A stretch of DNA of 63,520 nucleotides, the filler included, from Stramenopiles sp. TOSAG23-3 (Eukaryota): the NCBI GenBank assembly GCA_900128585.1. It is 37 parts of 37 records of this genome, joined end to end, with 100 filler letters (N's around TTAATTAATTAA, not from the genome) between each part and the next. Parts side by side here need not be neighbours in the genome. Positions count along the whole stretch, not along the records: positions 46,509 to 48,121 come from LT645616.1; positions 48,222 to 49,834 come from LT645617.1; positions 49,935 to 51,546 come from LT645618.1; positions 51,647 to 53,258 come from LT645619.1; positions 53,359 to 54,970 come from LT645620.1; positions 55,071 to 56,681 come from LT645621.1; positions 56,782 to 58,391 come from LT645622.1; 30 more parts are not named here. The stretch is one strand, 5' to 3'. The notes under the pieces are model-generated. The model searched no databases and was not told the origin of the DNA. It worked only from the letters and a program-made list of their open reading frames with translations. Every line of letters starts with the position of its first letter. The stretch's first letter is position 1. Both the position numbers and the translations under genes were made by a program. Of this stretch, positions 46,409 to 58,491 are shown in pieces.

Positions 46409-46804
46409 NNNNNNNNNNNNNNNNNNNNNNNNNNNNNNNNNNNNNNNNNNNNTTAATTAATTAANNNNNNNNNNNNNNNNNNNNNNNNNNNNNNNNNNNN
46501 NNNNNNNNTTCTTCTTCTTCTTCTTCTTCTTCTTCTTCTTTCTTCTTCTTCTCTCTTCTTCTCTCTTCTTCCATCATCCCCTGCCATAATTATTATTCTT
46601 CCTCATTTTCTACTTTATAACTGGTGGTGGTATTAATATTTGTTAAAATAGTAAGCATTATTATAATGAAAAATAAAACTATATAATCCAATCAAGTATT
46701 ATCGACCGACCTGGTGGTTGTGGTTTTCTAACAAAACATCGCAGCATGTACATTTCAAATAAAAATGTTACACGGCGGACGACTAAAGCAAACAGAAAAA
46801 ATGC

Positions 46805-48112
46805 TTATATGGTTTGTGGTATTTGATCATTGTTGATGGTATCGTAATAGTACTCATCGACGACAGAGTCGAGCAGGTTGGACTTACTGTTTGGACTCTT
46901 TTCACTGCTATTTTGATCGGGCCGACGGCCCGTGCCACCATAACCAGAGAATCGTCCACTTCTGCTGGGCGAAAAGGTCAACGGGGTACTCCCGCCAGAC
47001 ACCAAGGTGGAGGATCGCCTGGAACCATCGGGGGAAGACGGGCCTTGGTCATAGCCGCGTCGCTTTCGATGCCGTTGCAATTGAAATATCAGCAGGATCG
47101 TTGGTACGCTCACCCCGCAAAGTATGTACAGCAAAACGGAGAAATTCCCATGAAAGTACGACACACTGACTCCAATCAGTGGGTACTGCAGCAGCCCGAC
47201 AAGGGAGCTGCTTGTGAACACACTCCCTGTGATTCTACCAAGGGTCTCGAGACCGAACACTTGGGCATTGTAGGTTGTCATCACGGCGTAGAGGAAGGCC
47301 CGGAACACCGTGAACGCCACAAAGGTTGCTATCTGGTACTCGAGCACCCCGTACACCGCCAGCCCCGAGAACAGGAGACCGACCAAATTGGTCAAGTGCA
47401 GGCTCCCGGCAAGGCCCAGTCGGTTGATCGACCAGTCAATGAAGGGGACGCAGACGATGCCGGCCGGCAGGACAAATCCGAATATTTTTGAGTACAAATG
47501 GCCCGTTTCGTTGTCTCCGTAGAAGTTCAAAAGGTCCACGACGCACCCCAGGTACGTGTTGGCTTTCAACATTTGCAGCGAGGCAAAACTAATTATGAAG
47601 CAAAACTCAAACGATCGAAGCTGGTCGGCAAACCCCCTGTTCGCCACCGGGACGTAGACTTCCGCAGCATGCGTAATCTTTGACGTGTCGATGTCTTTAA
47701 ACTTGATGTACTGGTCCGTGCCCCCTTCCAAAGACAACACTGGCATGGTCGGGTTCGAGAACGAGTCCCTGCTGTTGTTGATGCTGTTCCCGGGAGGGAC
47801 CGACAGGTTGCTCTTCGTCTCGTTGACCCCGAACGTGCCATCCCCGCCAGCGCTGTCGTCGTCGATCGTGCGCTTCAGCACCTTCTCCTGGGCACCCCAC
47901 AGGTAGACGGTAGGCATGAGTACCACCACCGCAATGCCGGCATACGACAGAAACATGTCCCTTCGGCTCCAGCCAAAGTGCTGGTTCAATTGGTAAAACA
48001 AAGAGAATACGATGGAGCTTGCGTCGAACAAACACGAAAAAGCAGCTATCAAACCGGCTTGGTACTGCGGAAGCAGGAACGAGGATGGGAAAGCCGCGAG
48101 CAGGCACATCAC
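46805..48112 (-). CDS. MFS transporter, SLC43/LAT3 (FMP42-like) family (5' partial)
   Basis: FDASS motif, multiple TM helices, FRAFLYA..FG.ETLGRI.G. Confidence 0.8.
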   Translation of the reverse strand: MMCLLAAFPSSFLLPQYQAGLIAAFSCLFDASSIVFSLFYQLNQHFGWSRRDMFLSYAGIAVVVLMPTVYLWGAQEKVLKRTIDDDSAGGDGTFGVNETKSNLSVPPGNSINNSRDSFSNPTMPVLSLEGGTDQYIKFKDIDTSKITHAAEVYVPVANRGFADQLRSFEFCFIISFASLQMLKANTYLGCVVDLLNFYGDNETGHLYSKIFGFVLPAGIVCVPFIDWSINRLGLAGSLHLTNLVGLLFSGLAVYGVLEYQIATFVAFTVFRAFLYAVMTTYNAQVFGLETLGRITGSVFTSSSLVGLLQYPLIGVSVSYFHGNFSVLLYILCGVSVPTILLIFQLQRHRKRRGYDQGPSSPDGSRRSSTLVSGGSTPLTFSPSRSGRFSGYGGTGRRPDQNSSEKSPNSKSNLLDSVVDEYYYDTINNDQIPQTI

Positions 48113-48221
48113 CCCCCCCCCNNNNNNNNNNNNNNNNNNNNNNNNNNNNNNNNNNNNNNNNNNNNTTAATTAATTAANNNNNNNNNNNNNNNNNNNNNNN
48201 NNNNNNNNNNNNNNNNNNNNN

Positions 48222-48894
48222 TCATCACCATCCACTGGTCATATGATGGTGCAAACCATCCTGTTGGTAACATCAGATTACCCTGGATTCTCTCTGCTTC
48301 TTCTTGCTGTGACGTCAGAAACAAGTGCAGGTCATGAGGGTTGGCATGACTATACTTGACTGCAATTCCAACGATACGGGAAAAATGGGAAAACCATAAC
48401 ACGGCAATTTCAGCGCCATACTGCGTAAAGGCTGCTGGGTCAAGAAAGATCCAAACTAAGGCGATCAACGGACAGGCAAATAAAACGTGAGTAAACATTA
48501 TTGGCATGAATCCATAAAACCCCAGGCGCATGTTTATGAATGCCTGTTTCCCATTGAAGAAATACACATAAAATGTTCCGAAAGGGTAGAATAGATGAAC
48601 TAGGAGAGCCCACCAGAATGTTTTCCAATTATGGCGAACATGTGGGCTACCAGGAATTGATGTTATAGCGGCATCAAACGTTCCCGCAGACGAATGCCTT
48701 CGTTTAGTTTTGGAGAAACTAATGTTGTGCTCTTTTCTTAGATGCACGATCTCCTTTGTTAACATAGCCGCTGTATGAAAACTCAAATGAGTATGCTTCT
48801 GATCACCATCATTCGTCGGTGCACCTGGGCTGTTGACTATCTCAATGCTATGTGTGCGTACGGGTTCGTCTTCCATTTGCAGCTCTCTGTGCAT
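48222..48894 (-). CDS. Multi-pass membrane hypothetical protein (3' partial)
   Basis: Open frame with 3-4 TM segments. Confidence 0.6.
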
Positions 48895-49669
48895 TCTCTA
48901 TCTTTTTCGTGGTGTATATATATAATATATATATTGCCGTTGAAAATAACAGCCAATTTTTTGTTTTTAAAATCTAAGATGTAAACCTCACACACACAGA
49001 GAAAAGCAAAAAAAGAAAAAAACGTTGTCCCCAATTTAAAAGTGAAACAAAAACTCTCCACAAACAGTTCTCCCTATCGATGATATATATTATACTCTTC
49101 TTATGGGAGTGGAACTGAAATCGTAATTGTTGATAAAAAATGAGAGTCTTAAAGCATAATACTATATAGACTATATTGATAATTGGTTAAACTCTTCTTT
49201 CTTATATATTTATATAATAAATAACGACGAGCGAAGAGAAGAGAAGAGAAAAAAAAGTAATAGAGTGTTGTGTCTATTCTAATAAATTATTTTTTTAATA
49301 TTATTTAAAAAAAAAAAAGAATTATCTTTTTAAGGAATTAATTCTCTTTCCTTTCTTTTGTTACCCTTGGTATTTTAATAAGAAATACAACGAACCACAA
49401 CTGGCATTTTTGTAGATTCCTCACATCATCCTTTCTTTCTTCTTTCGCACCCATAATATGCTAGTCGTCTATTCTTCCCGTATGATCGTGTCAAACTAAT
49501 CCTAAGATTGTTTTGAGATAGCATTACTATTAAGATATTCATTAAGAGTTTATACAAAAAATCTATAAGAGTAATAAACATTTTCCTAATTTTTTTCGGA
49601 TCATTGACCGTGGGAAACAAAAAGTCGTCTGTCGTAGTCCATCATCTGGCCATCCGCCAAACGCCCATG

Positions 49670-49834
49670 CCTTACGGGGCTGGAGGGGGAGCACCGCACT
49701 TATTTCCACAGCACATGTTCGTGGTCATCGTGCAAATTCCAGCATGATTGCATTTCTGGATGTTTCTTTGCTCGCACTTAATGGATTCTTTTTTTCCCCT
49801 TCTCTTCCTTCTTAGTCGTCTGTTACTGAAGTCC
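49670..49834 (-). CDS. 3' end of a Cys-rich protein (...RRLRRKRRGKKESIKCEQRNIQKCNHAGICTMTTNMCCGNKCGAPPPAP*)
   Basis: Manual translation from the contig end. Confidence 0.4.
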
Positions 49835-50236
49835 NNNNNNNNNNNNNNNNNNNNNNNNNNNNNNNNNNNNNNNNNNNNTTAATTAATTAANNNNNNNNNN
49901 NNNNNNNNNNNNNNNNNNNNNNNNNNNNNNNNNNCTTCCTTCTTCTTCCTTCTTCTTTTTTTTTCTCTTCTTCTTCTTCTTCTTTCTTCTTCTTCTTCTT
50001 CCCTTCTTCTTCTTCTTCTGTTTATATATTTATTATACAACCACCAACTCATTACCAAGTGGTGGTGTAAATTAAAAAAAAGAAAAAAAGAAGGAAGGCG
50101 TCGGTAACTTAATAAGAAGATTTCCGACCCGATTTCCAATATTCATATTTAAAACAAATGAGATAGGTGTTATTCATAAGATTTTGTATCTAACCTAACC
50201 GTTCAAAGATCCTATTAAGTTTAAAACGTCTCTAGG

Positions 50237-50896
50237 ATGTTGACCGTGGGAAAGGTTTACGAGCTAGTGGGAGTGAGGAATGATGATACCGGCGTCACTC
50301 TGTTTGGTGGCGAAAGGGAGGAAGTTAGCTATTCGTCGACGCTTCAGGTAGGGACCCAATCGTTCCAACAGACATCAACAAACAGTGTTATTCTAGTCAA
50401 GTCCAAGGTCGAAGGACGACCAAATCTCAGTGCGTATTCATTCCATATGCAAGCAGTGCGGGAGGCCGACAATACTCTTCGAATGACTTGGGGGCACTTG
50501 CATATTGGCGTGGCCAGCGACAACCCGGCGTACAACCATGCCCCCTTCTATAGCACGTTCGAAACCAGAGGCAAAGTCACCGGCGACGAAGATGATCTAG
50601 TCCTTAAAGACATGGCAGTCGTGCCGGATTCACTCACAGTCCATTTTGTCCAGGAAGATTTCAACGGAGGGAAATTTACCGCTGGCGACATTACTTCCCG
50701 CATGGCGAAGCCGAAACATATGGGACCGTACACTTCTAGGATCCGTATCTCCTCCGCTACGAATGATACACCATTTGCGGACGGCGGTGAAATCCTTGAA
50801 CTTTCTGAACTTGACGTTGGGTTTGGCGCACCACGTCATTTACTCTGTGGTAAAGTCGATGGCAAAATGACGTACATTTTCAAACTTCAATATTAG
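50237..50896 (+). CDS. Hypothetical protein
   Basis: 219-aa ORF with coding-like composition in AT-rich flanks. Confidence 0.65.
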   Translation: MLTVGKVYELVGVRNDDTGVTLFGGEREEVSYSSTLQVGTQSFQQTSTNSVILVKSKVEGRPNLSAYSFHMQAVREADNTLRMTWGHLHIGVASDNPAYNHAPFYSTFETRGKVTGDEDDLVLKDMAVVPDSLTVHFVQEDFNGGKFTAGDITSRMAKPKHMGPYTSRIRISSATNDTPFADGGEILELSELDVGFGAPRHLLCGKVDGKMTYIFKLQY

Positions 50897-51215
50897 CAAG
50901 AGACACGGGGTTTTTTTATTTTAAATATTAGTACCTTGCTTAGTTTTTTAATTAAAAAAAAGTTCACACACATACACCCCCTCTGAACACAAAATCGGGT
51001 ATAAAGGAGGCTAGTACAATAAATGATGATGAAAGCAAGAAAATTTTGGCTGTTATTTCAGCTAAAGTAATTAAAATTATTGTACTGCGAACACTGAACT
51101 CTAAATTTAGACATTCAAGGTTTACATTCCTTCATGTAAATTTAACTTTAATTTTCTGCTCCTGCTGTGTATTTCTGATCAATTTTCAACCCAACTCCAT
51201 CTTCCTACTCGTCGT

Positions 51216-51545
51216 TTATTTTTTTTTTTTAAATCGTTTCTTATATTGTTCATCCTGCTTGCGACGTTTTGTGGATTTCAGGCCCTCTTCATTTATCCGA
51301 AATTTATCTTCTTCTTTCAACTTTTTACAGTCATCGATAAAATCTTCAATGCCGTCATAATCTTCTTCTTTGATAAAATCTTGGATGTCGTCATAATCTT
51401 CTTGGATGCCGTCATAATCTTCTTCGATGTCAATAATCTTGTCAAAACAAGATTTTGCTAACTCCTTCTCTGACGGGCTACTTTCACAAGGTCGATAGAA
51501 AAAGCCTTCCGCCAGAGAAGATTCGAATGCACCTGCACACTCTCC
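51216..51545 (-). CDS. 3' fragment with acidic EEDYDGI repeats and a basic tail
   Basis: Manual translation: ...IEEDYDGIQEDYDDIQDFIKEEDYDGIEDF...KRFKKKK*. Confidence 0.5.
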   Translation of the reverse strand, partial: GECAGAFESSLAEGFFYRPCESSPSEKELAKSCFDKIIDIEEDYDGIQEDYDDIQDFIKEEDYDGIEDFIDDCKKLKEEDKFRINEEGLKSTKRRKQDEQYKKRFKKKK

Positions 51546-51646
51546 GNNNNNNNNNNNNNNNNNNNNNNNNNNNNNNNNNNNNNNNNNNNNTTAATTAATT
51601 AANNNNNNNNNNNNNNNNNNNNNNNNNNNNNNNNNNNNNNNNNNNN

Positions 51647-52512
51647 CGTATGGCGGGCGGGCGGTGGCGATCGCAGAGGGGGGGAAGGCATGGTTCGGTA
51701 GGATGAGGAGCACAGGGCAGTTGGCCAAGAAAGCATACGTCACGGAGATGGAGCGCCTGGACAACGACTTTAAACCGCGCGTGGTGGACGTCCCCGGTGA
51801 AAAATTAGAAGGTGGTGGAATTTTGGCTGACGATTTGGGGCTGGTGTTGGGGTGTGCGCCGGAGGATGAGATCCAGGAGACACGGGACCAGGTGCTGGAA
51901 GCATGGTTGGCACTCAAAGACAAAAAGACGTACACGCTGGCAGCCGTAAAAACCTACGGGGAGATCCCACTGAGCATCGATACGATTAGGAGAATCGTGA
52001 GAGGGGAAAGAGGTTGCAAGTTCACGAGGCCAGACTTGGTGGAAAAATGGGGGGCGTTCAACCGTCTCCGTGGGTGCAACCTAACCCAGAAGGCAAAGTT
52101 CGAGGTCTGGTCGTCTGGTTTGAGGCAAATCGTTTGCGGCAAGGATGGGTGCAAAATGCTCTTCAAAACGCAGCAGGGGAAGTACCGTCACCAACTTAAC
52201 GACAAAATACACAATCCGCTTTTTTATTGCCCGAAGTGCAACAAATCGTTCGTTGCGCGTGAGGACAAAATCCAGCACCAAAAAGAATGTAAGGCTCCCA
52301 AGGGCACTGGGCCCATAGTTTGCGGCAAGGATGGGTGCACCGATCGGTTTCCAACGAAGGACGCTAGACAATCGCACCTCCGCAAATCCCAACTGCATAA
52401 TGCTACTTTCCCATGCACACGGTGCAAAGAACCCTTTGGTTCGTACAAAAAAAAACTTAACCACCAAAAAAATTGCAAGGCAATTCCAAAGAAACGGAAG
52501 CGCACACCATGA
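51647..52512 (+). CDS. Zinc-finger protein with duplicated C2H2/C2HC pairs (5' partial)
   Basis: IVCGKDGC..F.T...H..HN..F.C..C...F...HQK.CK twice; basic NLS-like tail. Confidence 0.75.
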
Positions 52513-52959
52513 ATGCGTGTGAAACAATCTTAGATTTCGAAGAATCAATGACTGATATAAAGTGAGAGTCTTAAAGCATTATATACTCTAATATATATAC
52601 GAAATCGTAATTGATAAAAACAAATTATATAGTATGTTTTAAGACTCTCTTCGGGCACCCTTCGATGGTCGGGCCGTCGACGGGCACGCACGGGTGCGAC
52701 GGTTCGGGGGAGGGGGGAGGGATGACGGGTTTGGCAGAGGGAGGTGCGTCGTCCTCCCCGTCCTTCTTCGCGGGTTCGGCAGGGGGAGGGGCGTTGTATT
52801 TGGCCTTTTTCCATTTGCCTAATATTCCAAACAAGCGACCAGTTGACGCAAAGGAATCCGCTGCGGGCCGCACGACGTCTTCTATTTTCGATTCGGTAGG
52901 AGACCACGGTCGCCTCTACCGTGTCCGTGACGTATAATTCGACGAGCGCGACGGCGCGG

Positions 52960-53258
52960 GGGACCGGCTCCGTTCAGCGCCGGCACTTTCTGGTTCGCAG
53001 GACGAATGTACGCGCCAGTAAAGGCTCGAAGGTCTGCCACAGAACGAATGCCTTCCGATATCGGGTCGCGCTTTGGCAATATTGCGTATGCGTACACCTC
53101 GAAGACGTCCCTTCGGAGGTGCTGTATAAGCCCTTGCATTAGTTTCCCTATGCTATGGCGGTAAAAAAATCTGCTCACAAAGCCGATTCTGATCTTGCCA
53201 TCATTCGCAGCAGGAGTGTGCAGTTTAATCAGATTTCTGCTTTCCGGCCTTGCCGCGC
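52960..53258 (-). CDS. O-GlcNAc transferase (SPINDLY/GT41)-like fragment
   Basis: KIRIGFVSRFFYRHSIGKLMQGLIQHL.R..FEV; homology is lost downstream. Confidence 0.65.
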
Positions 53259-53438
53259 NNNNNNNNNNNNNNNNNNNNNNNNNNNNNNNNNNNNNNNNNN
53301 NNTTAATTAATTAANNNNNNNNNNNNNNNNNNNNNNNNNNNNNNNNNNNNNNNNNNNNAAAAAAAAAAGAAGAAGAAGAGGAGAAGGGAGAAGCGACAAG
53401 AAGAAGCAATGAAAAAAAAAAGATATTTTTTTTTATAA

Positions 53439-54443
53439 TTAATTCGTTCGTCTTAAGGAACGTGCAATAGTTCCCTTGTTACAAGTGAGACACTTCAATT
53501 GCCTTTCCATGCCCTGGGAAATGTACCTTTTCCAACATTCTAGGTGGATCTTGCTGGGCTTACATTCCTTGCACTTTGGGGTGCCGTATGGCAGCGCTGG
53601 CGTACATGGGTCCCGGCAGATCAAACAGACTTCCCCATCTTCGTGGGGACTGTGCTGTGCCAATGCTGCAGGCAAGGATGCGGGCGGAATGCCAGGAACA
53701 ACGGGCGCGTTTCGTTTGCCACAAAAGTCTAGGAACAACTTTAATTGAGTGGTTTTACTGAGACTGCGAAATTGCCTTTGCATATCGTCGGAAAGGGTGT
53801 TCACTGCCGAGGCGAATAATTCTTCGCGCGAAGGCGTACGGTGCGGCGTTGAGTCTTCTTCCTGGTCTGCGGTGTTTTCTTCGCAGTTGCACTTGTAATG
53901 TGGAAACTTACAGTAACCGCAAAAGCGCTTTGAAGATCCAAAGTAGGTTTCTTTTAACCTGTTTCTTTTACGTTGCGGAGCTTCGCTGGAAAGAACCGCA
54001 TTTCTTTTCCTTTTCTTGTTTTCTTCTTTCTTTTTTTCGTCCCCACCTAGACCTGGGAAAGGACCGTTCGGAACAACACCGTTTTCCGCACTGTCAGTGG
54101 CAAGTGGGAATGTGCCATTGCCGTGCAAAACATATTCACCCGGTTGAAAATTTTCCGTTCCATTATCGTCTGAAGAGTAGGGGAGAAGTAAACATTCTAC
54201 CGAATCTGCTGGTTGTTGGCAAACAACACCAATGTCTTCAGGTAAAAGTTCTACTTCCTTTCTGAGCAAAGAAGTACAATCTTCTTCATCATCATTGATG
54301 ACGTCGTTTTCACCGCTGCTGTGTCTTTGTCGTCGTCCTTCTTCTTCTTCTTCTTCTTCTTCGAGGTTCCGATAGTAAAGTACTTTAAATTGAAGGCGCA
54401 CAATCGTTGAAGGTTCAATATTCCTATCAAATATTGTATTCAT
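53439..54443 (-). CDS. RING-variant zinc-finger protein
   Basis: CLIC..CKEC..IHLECW..KCLTC; additional CGYC..H..C.C cluster. Confidence 0.7.
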   Translation of the reverse strand: MNTIFDRNIEPSTIVRLQFKVLYYRNLEEEEEEEEGRRQRHSSGENDVINDDEEDCTSLLRKEVELLPEDIGVVCQQPADSVECLLLPYSSDDNGTENFQPGEYVLHGNGTFPLATDSAENGVVPNGPFPGLGGDEKKKEENKKRKRNAVLSSEAPQRKRNRLKETYFGSSKRFCGYCKFPHYKCNCEENTADQEEDSTPHRTPSREELFASAVNTLSDDMQRQFRSLSKTTQLKLFLDFCGKRNAPVVPGIPPASLPAALAQHSPHEDGEVCLICRDPCTPALPYGTPKCKECKPSKIHLECWKRYISQGMERQLKCLTCNKGTIARSLRRTN

Positions 54444-55070
54444 ATTTTGTAGTTAAATGGTTATAATGCACAGAAGAACGTTTCCACTAATTGAAATCGA
54501 TTGCAATCCGTGGAGTGTCAAACGAGATGATAAATAGTCGGTATAAATAAAAGATTCAGATCTCAGATATTCTTCTTCTTTTTCTTCTTCTTTTTTATCT
54601 CGCTCGGTGATTTTTCAATCGTTAATGTAATCGTTGCGTTGAAGTAAATATTATTTAAATAAATATTTATACACGTACGTACGTATATAGGAATACAATA
54701 CAATAAATAAAAAAAGAAGAAAGAAAACATAATCCTACAGTATATAATACTGTATAACTGCATTAAAACAAATTAAATATTTTTTATCGTAACAATGCTA
54801 TTCCTTTGTTATTTCTTGTGCGTGAGTAAAAAACAATATTTTCTTTCTTCTCTTTTTTTTTACGAAGAAGAAGAACAAAAAAAAGAAAATTCTGCAAAAA
54901 CAAAAGCCCTATTTAGAACACTATTAGAACAAAACGTTCACCTTCTGCTTTGTACTTTTATTTTGTTTTCNNNNNNNNNNNNNNNNNNNNNNNNNNNNNN
55001 NNNNNNNNNNNNNNTTAATTAATTAANNNNNNNNNNNNNNNNNNNNNNNNNNNNNNNNNNNNNNNNNNNN

Positions 55071-55529
55071 CGCCCCGACGGTCCCTTTCACCGGCACTAC
55101 GGACAGGCAGTCCGCATTGAAGGCGGCGACCACTTGCTTGAGCGTTTCCACGGAAATTCCGCTGTACCCCTTGGAGAGTATATTCGCCCGCAACGCCAAG
55201 AGCATGCGCGTGCGAGGTCGGGGCAGTGGCTCCCCGACCCCCGCGGCGTGCGACAGGATGAGGTTGACTTGAAGCTGGTGCAAGTCCTTGGGCTCGATCA
55301 CCACTTGGGAGAACAGGCCGAAGCCCGTGTTTATCCCGTACGCGACTTCCCCCGAGTCGCAGATGCTGTCGACAACCTTTCTGGACCGTGCCACCTTCCC
55401 CCAGCTGTCCGGAGTCAAGTCCAACTTGTACTTTCCCGTCGAAAGCTTCAGCAGGGTCTCGATCTCTAACGTGTTCCCATCGATGTAAATAGTACCTTCC
55501 CGCCCCGAACCTTCTACAACACTCGCCAT
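55071..55529 (-). CDS. HAL: Histidine ammonia-lyase (5' part)
   Basis: YGINTGFG, LQ.NLILSHAAGVG, KGYSGIS, GTVGA leading into the ASG MIO motif. Confidence 0.95.
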
Positions 55530-57558
55530 TGTTTATGGAGCCCTTCTTTGTAGCGCGTGACTGCGTGTAATACCTATACGTAGACAACAAATATTGCACG
55601 AACAAGAAACCTACAAAGTTTGCTGGTTCGAAAATAAAAACGATGTTTCTATTCTTCTTGTAGTAAAAAAAATTCATCTAGTAATATAATATTCGTATAT
55701 CAAAAAATGTCATGATGATGAACAAAAAATGTAGAAGAAGAAAGAAGTAAAAGAAAGAAGATAGAAAAAAGCAAGGAGGATTTAAATATTCATTTCGTAG
55801 TTGTCTTCTATTTAAATAACATGAGGATAGTAGAAACAACGAACAACAAAAAAAAGAAAGAAGAAAAAAAAGAAGAAGAAAGCCTCACCTCACCACTCAC
55901 CCACCACCCAAAGCAGATTTTAGATTATTATATACATGTAGCAGCAGCCAAATAAATATAAATATTATCGAAATAATACTTTATTCAAAAAAAGATCTTT
56001 CTTTTTATTTCTTTCTTTCTTTCTTTCTTCTCTTATATTTTAACTTCAATTTAAAATAATTAAGGGTTTAGTTTTATGAATTAATATTTGTTTGTTCCTT
56101 TTGATTTGGCTCTTCGATTTTATATAATTAATACCTAATAAGAAGATGTAATTTTAAAAACAATAATCCTGAAGGGACAAAGTATTTATTCAAAAAAAGT
56201 CTATTCATAATTTAAAATGTAATATTATACTTAATAATGAACAAACCAAATCTTCTTCTTCTTTTAATGGATTTAATAAATAAGAAGAAGGGTGTGATTT
56301 TTAATTTATATGCTGTATGTATGTATTTTAATTATTGATGTTTATTATTATAAAGAAGGGTTATTTGAATGTTTAGTTGTTTATATTTTTTTTCCTTGAT
56401 AATCGATCATCGACGATGGATAATATTTTTTTTAAACAATATATATTTACTACTACTACTACTATATATTATTTCACCTTCTTGATCTTGATCGATAAGA
56501 AAGACTAGATACGGCCTCGCGTCTCTCTAATTAAATCCTTACCCTATGACACATATGAGAGGTGTACGATTTAGTTTTGTACTCACAAATAAATTTTAAA
56601 ACATATATGCTGTTTATTAATTTTCGTGGCCACGAATTTTTGTCAAGCTTTTTCTTCCATCTTAGAGCCTGATTTTAACCANNNNNNNNNNNNNNNNNNN
56701 NNNNNNNNNNNNNNNNNNNNNNNNNTTAATTAATTAANNNNNNNNNNNNNNNNNNNNNNNNNNNNNNNNNNNNNNNNNNNNTTTCTTCTTTCTTCTTTCT
56801 TCTTTCTTCTTTCTTCTTTCTTCTTTCTTCTTTCTTCTTTCTTCTTTCTTCTTCTTCTTCGCTATTATTTTAAAGAATAATAAAAAAAATAGAATTAGAA
56901 GAGAGTTATAAATAGGGTATTTGGTAGAGACTAAAAAATATAAAAAAGAAAATGAAAGACATACAAATAATTCAATTATAATATATAGGATAAACGTTTA
57001 TTCTAATATAATACATACAAGTACTACTATTAAGTACAAATACCCTAGAATATTATGTATTCTAATACACAACACAAATACAATTAAAAAGAAGGAAGAA
57101 CCCATCTCCTTTTTGGTGTAAGGGCTAAAAAAAAGGGAATACCCTAATTATAACATTATACAAAATAGTTGAGATTCACCTTATTTATAAGAAGTAAGGT
57201 ATTTTATATTAGAAATGATATTAATTACCTATATAAAATATAAATTTGTTTTTTTCTTTTCTCTATGATAAATAAGAATACTTTCTTTCCTTTCTTTTTC
57301 TTTTAGTCGTCTATTGTATGTACCTGTTTGTATTATAGTATTGATTAAAAAAAGAAGAGAAGATAGAAGAAGACTTGTTGCAGACAATGATGAAACTAAA
57401 GGAAAAAGAAAAAAAGTAAACGACAAGGATGACGTCAAGGTATGATAAAACAGGAAAGAGGCAAACGAAAACAAGACGAGAACGAACGCATTTTCTTGTC
57501 TCCATTAGTCGGAAGGATTGTGAGTCGAACCCATCTATATACATATATCCCATCCATC

Positions 57559-58391
57559 ATGAGGCAGTTTTTATTGTTGACGGTATTCTTGGTGCTGCAA
57601 GTCGCGAGCCCGACGGCGTTACACGGCTCCTTGAGGAACGGGGCGTCCACGGAGAACAAAAATGAGCTGAAAATCCTGATGCGCGAGAGGGTGAACCTTG
57701 ACAAGGACGGCTGGCGCACGGCAAAGTACTACCGCCGCCCGATGGGCGACATCGTCACGGAGCGTTTTTCTGTAAACTGCGAGTCGAAATCGTGCGATGT
57801 ACCGTCCTTCGAGTGGAAGCCCATGAACAACCAGGAGTTGGTCAAGGTCACGGACGTACGAGTTTCGCAGGACTTTACGCTGGACCTGAACCCGACCTTC
57901 CTCGCCGACTTTGGGTCGGGGAAGCAGGACACCGAAGTGCGACTGATGACCGAAAACTCGATCATTGTCTACCCGAGGACTCCATCGTCCCCCATAAAGG
58001 CCCCCATGGTGTTCTACAAGACGGACCAGGAACGGCAGTTCCTGGCCGAGGGACTTGGGAAGCAGACGAAGGCGGACTACTTCATCCAGCGCGTGCACGA
58101 ATTCTTGGACTTGTTCTTGGACCAGCTTAAAAAGACGGCCGAGCAGACGAACCGTGCGTTCAACAGCGGCGCAGAGGTCACCAAGGCGTTCCACCCCGCC
58201 GCGGCGTCCTTGCAACACCGGTTGAAAATCGCTATCAAGCGGGGCGACAAGGAAGAGCTGCCGAAGAAGGAAATGGAACTCTTGAGGTCGCTCCCGAACA
58301 GTCTGTGCGACACCTTCAACGAAATGGCCGCGTGGGACTACGAAATGAGCAAAATATTCACCGAGTCGGCCCACGGCCCTCGTTTCACGGA
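57559..58391 (+). CDS. Secreted hypothetical protein (3' partial)
   Basis: Signal peptide MRQFLLLTVFLVLQVA; GC3-rich codons. Confidence 0.7.
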
Positions 58392-58491
58392 NNNNNNNNN
58401 NNNNNNNNNNNNNNNNNNNNNNNNNNNNNNNNNNNTTAATTAATTAANNNNNNNNNNNNNNNNNNNNNNNNNNNNNNNNNNNNNNNNNNNN

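Noticed and set aside
52625-52960. Novel fusion of the GT41-like fragment with a Pro-rich tail
   Set aside because: Frames do not join cleanly and the tail runs into a repeat; more likely a chimera or decayed copy
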